DNA of 64,000 nucleotides from Spirochaetia bacterium. GTDB lineage: Bacteria; Spirochaetota; Spirochaetia; DSM-2461. The notes beneath the pieces were generated by a model. That model had not been told where the DNA came from. It was given only the letters and a program-made list of their open reading frames with translations, and did not search any database. Positions within the stretch are counted from its first letter, which is position 1. Every line of letters starts with the position of its first letter. Positions 60,202 to 64,000 of the stretch are shown here, one piece after another. The translations under genes and the position numbers were made by a program. Location of the stretch: contig OY764216.1 of assembly GCA_963668315.1 (NCBI GenBank), positions 1,984,001-2,048,000 of the forward strand, in the 5' to 3' direction.

Positions 60202-61484
60202 ACTACCACCAAATCTTCTTTCTTCGAAAGCGGAATTGTCGCATTTAAAGAGAATCCTCCGCCCGGAGCGTTGCTCACACGGATATGTCCGCCGAGATTT
60301 CCTATGCGCTCTTGCATACCCGTCAAACCAATTCCCTTGACCACATCTGCTGCACCTTTCCCGTTGTCCACCACACTGAGTTTTAGTTCATGTTGTTCAA
60401 TTAGAAAATGGATTGTTACTTCCGTGGCCATTCCATGGCGGTAAGCGTTGGTCAGGGCTTCCTGGATGGTTCGGTAAAGGGCAAAATTTAATTCCCGTGA
60501 AAAAGTGTGGGGAATATTGCCCCAGTTGATCTGTACCCTAACGCCCGTAACCTTTTGAAATATCTGCGCTATTTTATAGATGGCCTTGACTCCCTCTTCT
60601 TCGGGCATGGACATCTCCCGGGTTTTTCTGAGAGCTGTCCTGGTTTCATTCAATCCTTCCCGGGCTTGTTTTCGTGCGGTGATCAGGATTTCAGAAAGTT
60701 TTTCCGGATCATTAGTGGGAATGCTGCAGGCAGCATTGAGCAGGGCAATCAAATTGGTAAAGATATAACCGGAGATATCATGAAGCTCCCGGCTTATTCT
60801 ATTCCTTTCTCGGTCCGATGACTCATGATCAACACGTCGGGCATAGGATTGGAGATTGGCATTGAATTCTGCCAGAGCTGTCATGCTTTCCCTCTGAATA
60901 TTGAAATTCTGTTCCGTTATCATTTTGATATCGGCGTGATAAATCATCATATTGATACAGAATGAAACAACCACGAAGATGAAGATCATGACAAGAAGAA
61001 CTTCAGAACCGGCAAAGTCCTCCGGACCGAAAAAAGAGGAATGTCCGAAGACAGGATTGTAAACCTGCCCTATGATCATGAAACCAACAAATACGGCTGA
61101 AAAAATCCAGTTATATGGTCTCTGGAGTATGATTCCCGTCTCCAGAAGAAGGGCTATTCCCAGTATGAGCTTGACCGTAAAAAAACCTTCCTGCCCGTAT
61201 CCCTGTATCATTATGAGATAACAGCGGAAAAAGAGGGCAATAGCGGCAAGGTAGGTCGATTTCATAAAAAAAAGGATGATACTGAGAGAAAGGGATAAAA
61301 CGCAGAATATAAGAAAAACTTGACGAACCAGGATTGTATCGTCTGCCGGTTCCACCAGTGCGGGAGTTATATACCAGACCAGAATGTAAGATACTAGAAT
61401 TGTCACTCCGTAAAATAGAGCAACTAGTTTCCCGTGTTGCAGAGAGAGAAACAATTGAGTTTTCCTTTTTTTTGTCCCGGGCAT
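60198..61484 (-). CDS. HisKA_3 sensor histidine kinase
   Basis: [31 protein letters not shown]. Confidence 0.92.
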   Translation of the reverse strand: MPGTKKRKTQLFLSLQHGKLVALFYGVTILVSYILVWYITPALVEPADDTILVRQVFLIFCVLSLSLSIILFFMKSTYLAAIALFFRCYLIMIQGYGQEGFFTVKLILGIALLLETGIILQRPYNWIFSAVFVGFMIIGQVYNPVFGHSSFFGPEDFAGSEVLLVMIFIFVVVSFCINMMIYHADIKMITEQNFNIQRESMTALAEFNANLQSYARRVDHESSDRERNRISRELHDISGYIFTNLIALLNAACSIPTNDPEKLSEILITARKQAREGLNETRTALRKTREMSMPEEEGVKAIYKIAQIFQKVTGVRVQINWGNIPHTFSRELNFALYRTIQEALTNAYRHGMATEVTIHFLIEQHELKLSVVDNGKGAADVVKGIGLTGMQERIGNLGGHIRVSNAPGGGFSLNATIPLSKKEDLVVV

Positions 61485-61552
61485 ATCAGGAGTATACTAC
61501 GGGAAATCTTTATGGGGGATCTTTTTTTTGTTATTTTTTGCAATCTCTACCG

Positions 61553-61636
61553 GCCACTATTCCTATCCTCGTCGTCTACCCCTTCCTGCAGAAATATTTC
61601 ATGGCAGGAGTTATGATAGGCAGCGTAAAGGAGTAG
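61553..61636 (+). pseudogene. 3' remnant of a carbohydrate ABC permease gene
   Basis: [27 protein letters not shown], a typical LplC/YtcP C-terminus, with no upstream body. Confidence 0.8.
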
Positions 61637-61637
61637 G

Positions 61638-62225
61638 TCAGAACCGGTACCCTCCCATCAGGGTCAGAGCCGGGGCGACGGTCGAAGCCTGCCCGGGGGC
61701 GGTGAATATGACGAGGAACGGCAGCTCCAGGCGTATTTCGAAGCCGTCTCCCAGGTTGTAGGCCGCTCCCAGATTCAGAATGGTTCCGCCGGTCACTCCT
61801 TCGGCCGACTGTTGCGACCCGCTCGTTCCATAGGGTTCTCCCAGGGACGAGTCGGTTTCGCTGGTCTCACGCCAGTCCACGCTGATACCGGCAACGCCAA
61901 TCCCGACGATATAGTAAAAACCGATCTGCTCCGGGACATAGTTGATGAGCCAGTTCCCCATAAGGCCGAAAACGACCAGATTCGTCGTTTCCTCATATTC
62001 GTTATAGCCGTTATCGGAAACCTCTACCGAATGGGAATAGAAAAGCTCAGCCCCCAGTTCCAGGGGATGACCCCGGTACATGGTGGGAATGATGCTCACC
62101 TTGGCTCCCACGCCCAGTCCCAAATTAAGATCAGTCCCCACACCGGCGTGAACACCCAGGGACATCTCCTCCGCCCAAAGAAAAGTCAGGGGAAAAAGAA
62201 AAAAAATAGGAAGAACTCTTTTCAT
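61638..62225 (-). CDS. outer-membrane beta-barrel protein
   Basis: GGAGG SD, signal peptide, alternating beta pattern, C-terminal YRF. Confidence 0.7.
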   Translation of the reverse strand: MKRVLPIFFLFPLTFLWAEEMSLGVHAGVGTDLNLGLGVGAKVSIIPTMYRGHPLELGAELFYSHSVEVSDNGYNEYEETTNLVVFGLMGNWLINYVPEQIGFYYIVGIGVAGISVDWRETSETDSSLGEPYGTSGSQQSAEGVTGGTILNLGAAYNLGDGFEIRLELPFLVIFTAPGQASTVAPALTLMGGYRF

Positions 62226-62304
62226 ACTTACCTCCCTCACGGTCGCAATTCCTGCAGCTGTCTGCTTTGAATTTTACGGCCGGGGGAGGGGAAATGCAAA
62301 TATA

Positions 62305-63483
62305 CTATGCCAGCAGGCGGTGAGCCTCTTCCATCAGGGGGGGGATCTCCAGCTTATATTCGCACCAGGGACTGCACTCTCCGCAGGCAATGCAGGAATC
62401 GGCCTGCAGGGCGATTTTCCCATAGGCTTCTTTCAGTCCGTCCGTATCCTGACCGAATCCTTCGGCCATCTTGTAGCGGGCCGCCAGAGCCAGTATCTCG
62501 GGAAAATTGATCTCCTGGGGGCAGGAAAACTTTTCGAGGCAGTGGGTACACTCCCGGCAGGTCCCTTCTATCAGGCCTGATACTTTGGCCGCCTCTTCCA
62601 GCAGTGCCTTCTGTTCTTCTTCGCTGTAGGGGGGGAGGGCGGATATTCTCAGATCCTCGTCCAGCTCCTCCTTGAAGCGGCAGCCCGCGTCCACCGTGGA
62701 AATATAGGGATTGGACAGGCAGAAGCGGATTCTCTTATCCGGCGAAATATCGCAGTAATCCTGGAAAATCTTCGTCCTCTCCACCATGCCGTTCCCGGCG
62801 AAGGCTTTCATATTAATCAGAGCCAGTCCCTCCTCATGAATCCGCTTGAAGAAGTTGCCGTACTTTTCCTGGTCCAGGCCGAAGGAGGGGGAAAAGAGAT
62901 TATAGGGAAGTTCCACTACCTGGAAAACGCCCGTATCAAGGGCTTCGGTTATACACTCTTCATGCTCCTGGTGGCTGGAAAAGCCAAGGAAGGTAAAACG
63001 GCCCTCATCCCGCCGCTTCAAGGCATGGGCAATCACTCCGGAACTGCTGATCTCTTCCCACCGTTCCCGGGTTATCCCATGGAAGAAGTAGACCAGTTTG
63101 ATCTCGTTCCGCCCCAGAAAAATTTTGTTGTCCGGTCCTTTCTGCAACCCCAGTTTCTCCCAGGATGTACTGATATACTCGTCAAAGGCTTCCGGGTTGT
63201 ACCCGTGCCCCTTTGTTACGATAATCAGCGGTTCGGTCAGATCGGTCCTTTTGGAAACCTCCTGGCCTACGATGATCTCGCTTTCCAGCTCGTTTCCGTC
63301 ACCGGTCGTACCGTTGTAAGCCCGGGCGGTATCGATAAGATTTATGCCCCTGTCCAATGCGTAATTTACCAGATCACGGCCTTCCTGCTCGGTCTGGAGC
63401 ATCCGTAGATTCATGGCGCCCAGACTGACCTGGGTCACCTGCAGGCCCGTTTTACCGAAGGGCCTTCTTTTTATGAGTTCCAT
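62305..63483 (-). CDS. aldo/keto reductase with C-terminal 4Fe-4S dicluster
   Basis: DTARAY, TK, GFSSH; CRECTHC..CP and CIACGEC..CE. Confidence 0.9.
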   Translation of the reverse strand: MELIKRRPFGKTGLQVTQVSLGAMNLRMLQTEQEGRDLVNYALDRGINLIDTARAYNGTTGDGNELESEIIVGQEVSKRTDLTEPLIIVTKGHGYNPEAFDEYISTSWEKLGLQKGPDNKIFLGRNEIKLVYFFHGITRERWEEISSSGVIAHALKRRDEGRFTFLGFSSHQEHEECITEALDTGVFQVVELPYNLFSPSFGLDQEKYGNFFKRIHEEGLALINMKAFAGNGMVERTKIFQDYCDISPDKRIRFCLSNPYISTVDAGCRFKEELDEDLRISALPPYSEEEQKALLEEAAKVSGLIEGTCRECTHCLEKFSCPQEINFPEILALAARYKMAEGFGQDTDGLKEAYGKIALQADSCIACGECSPWCEYKLEIPPLMEEAHRLLA

Positions 63484-63524
63484 TATTCTCTCCTTGGACG
63501 TCGATTCTTTAAGTCCTGCGCTCT

Positions 63525-64000
63525 TTAATATGTATCCCTTCCCGCCAGCTTGTAATCGGCCAGGGCAAGTTTATAAGGTATGTCTATTCCATAGGGACAG
63601 ATATTGCATTTTTCCGGTTCCAGCTTTATATCTCCCTTTACGGGAAGTTTCGCATACTCCTCCCTGGCTCTGTCCTGTGTTCCAAACCAGAAACGCAGTC
63701 TGTCTTTCAGGGCAAATTCCCCCGTGTCTTCCATCCGTCCGTTACGCATCTGCCGGTCAAAAAGACCTTCCAGCCGAAAAATGTCCCGGGCCCGGAAATT
63801 ATCGGGACCCAGATTGTCGCAGATGCCGCACTGGCGGCAGACGTAATCGCCCAGCTCGGGAGCTCCCGTTTTTATGGCTTCCATCTCTTCGGGCGTCAGC
63901 TGCCTGTGGGCATCGGCCAGATCCATATCCATCTTCACCATGGCCCGGTTGTTCATGCCGGTGACCACCACCGAAACGGGAAGGGAGAAGGCATATTTGA
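63525..64000 (-). CDS. aldo/keto reductase C-terminal part with Cys cluster (start lies beyond the window)
   Basis: VVTGMN, CRQCGIC, CNICPY. Confidence 0.75.
   Translation of the reverse strand, partial: KYAFSLPVSVVVTGMNNRAMVKMDMDLADAHRQLTPEEMEAIKTGAPELGDYVCRQCGICDNLGPDNFRARDIFRLEGLFDRQMRNGRMEDTGEFALKDRLRFWFGTQDRAREEYAKLPVKGDIKLEPEKCNICPYGIDIPYKLALADYKLAGRDTY

Noticed and set aside
61334..61552. N-terminal part of the 100-aa ORF 61334-61636
   Set aside because: It overlaps the HK start and promoter on the other strand; only the last 27 codons look protein-like.
62305..64000. Tandem aldo/keto reductases with Fe-S tails
   Set aside because: A common family in anaerobes; the second gene is cut by the window edge, so no more can be said.

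Overview
Chromosomal window, most likely from a free-living spirochaete (Spirochaetia). This is inferred from the tRNA-Arg(GCG), the long thymidine kinase and the hisE carrying a degenerate hisI N-terminus. It opens with a TetR gene and a stable-RNA operon (four tRNA-Ser isoacceptors, tRNA-Arg(GCG), SRP RNA). Next come a sigma-54 two-component system, thymidine kinase with a 198-nt structured leader, an enlarged GH13_18 phosphorylase operon, an AraC-linked oxidoreductase/TIM-barrel sugar operon, pepF and mtnN. The middle holds an alpha-2-macroglobulin/PBP1C pair, a MacAB-TolC-like exporter, several two-component systems and two ArsR metal(loid) clusters. It ends with a lower-GC beta-galactoside uptake island bordered by a gene remnant, and two aldo/keto reductases. 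No CRISPR array, transposase, integrase or phage gene was recognised. Best leads: (1) a candidate cis-regulatory RNA with a leaderless 9-codon uORF ahead of tdk; (2) a pbpC-linked alpha-2-macroglobulin lacking the thioester CxEQ motif; (3) a GH13_18 enzyme with three large insertions; (4) apparently widespread leaderless genes. All calls were made by eye from motifs; no database search was run.
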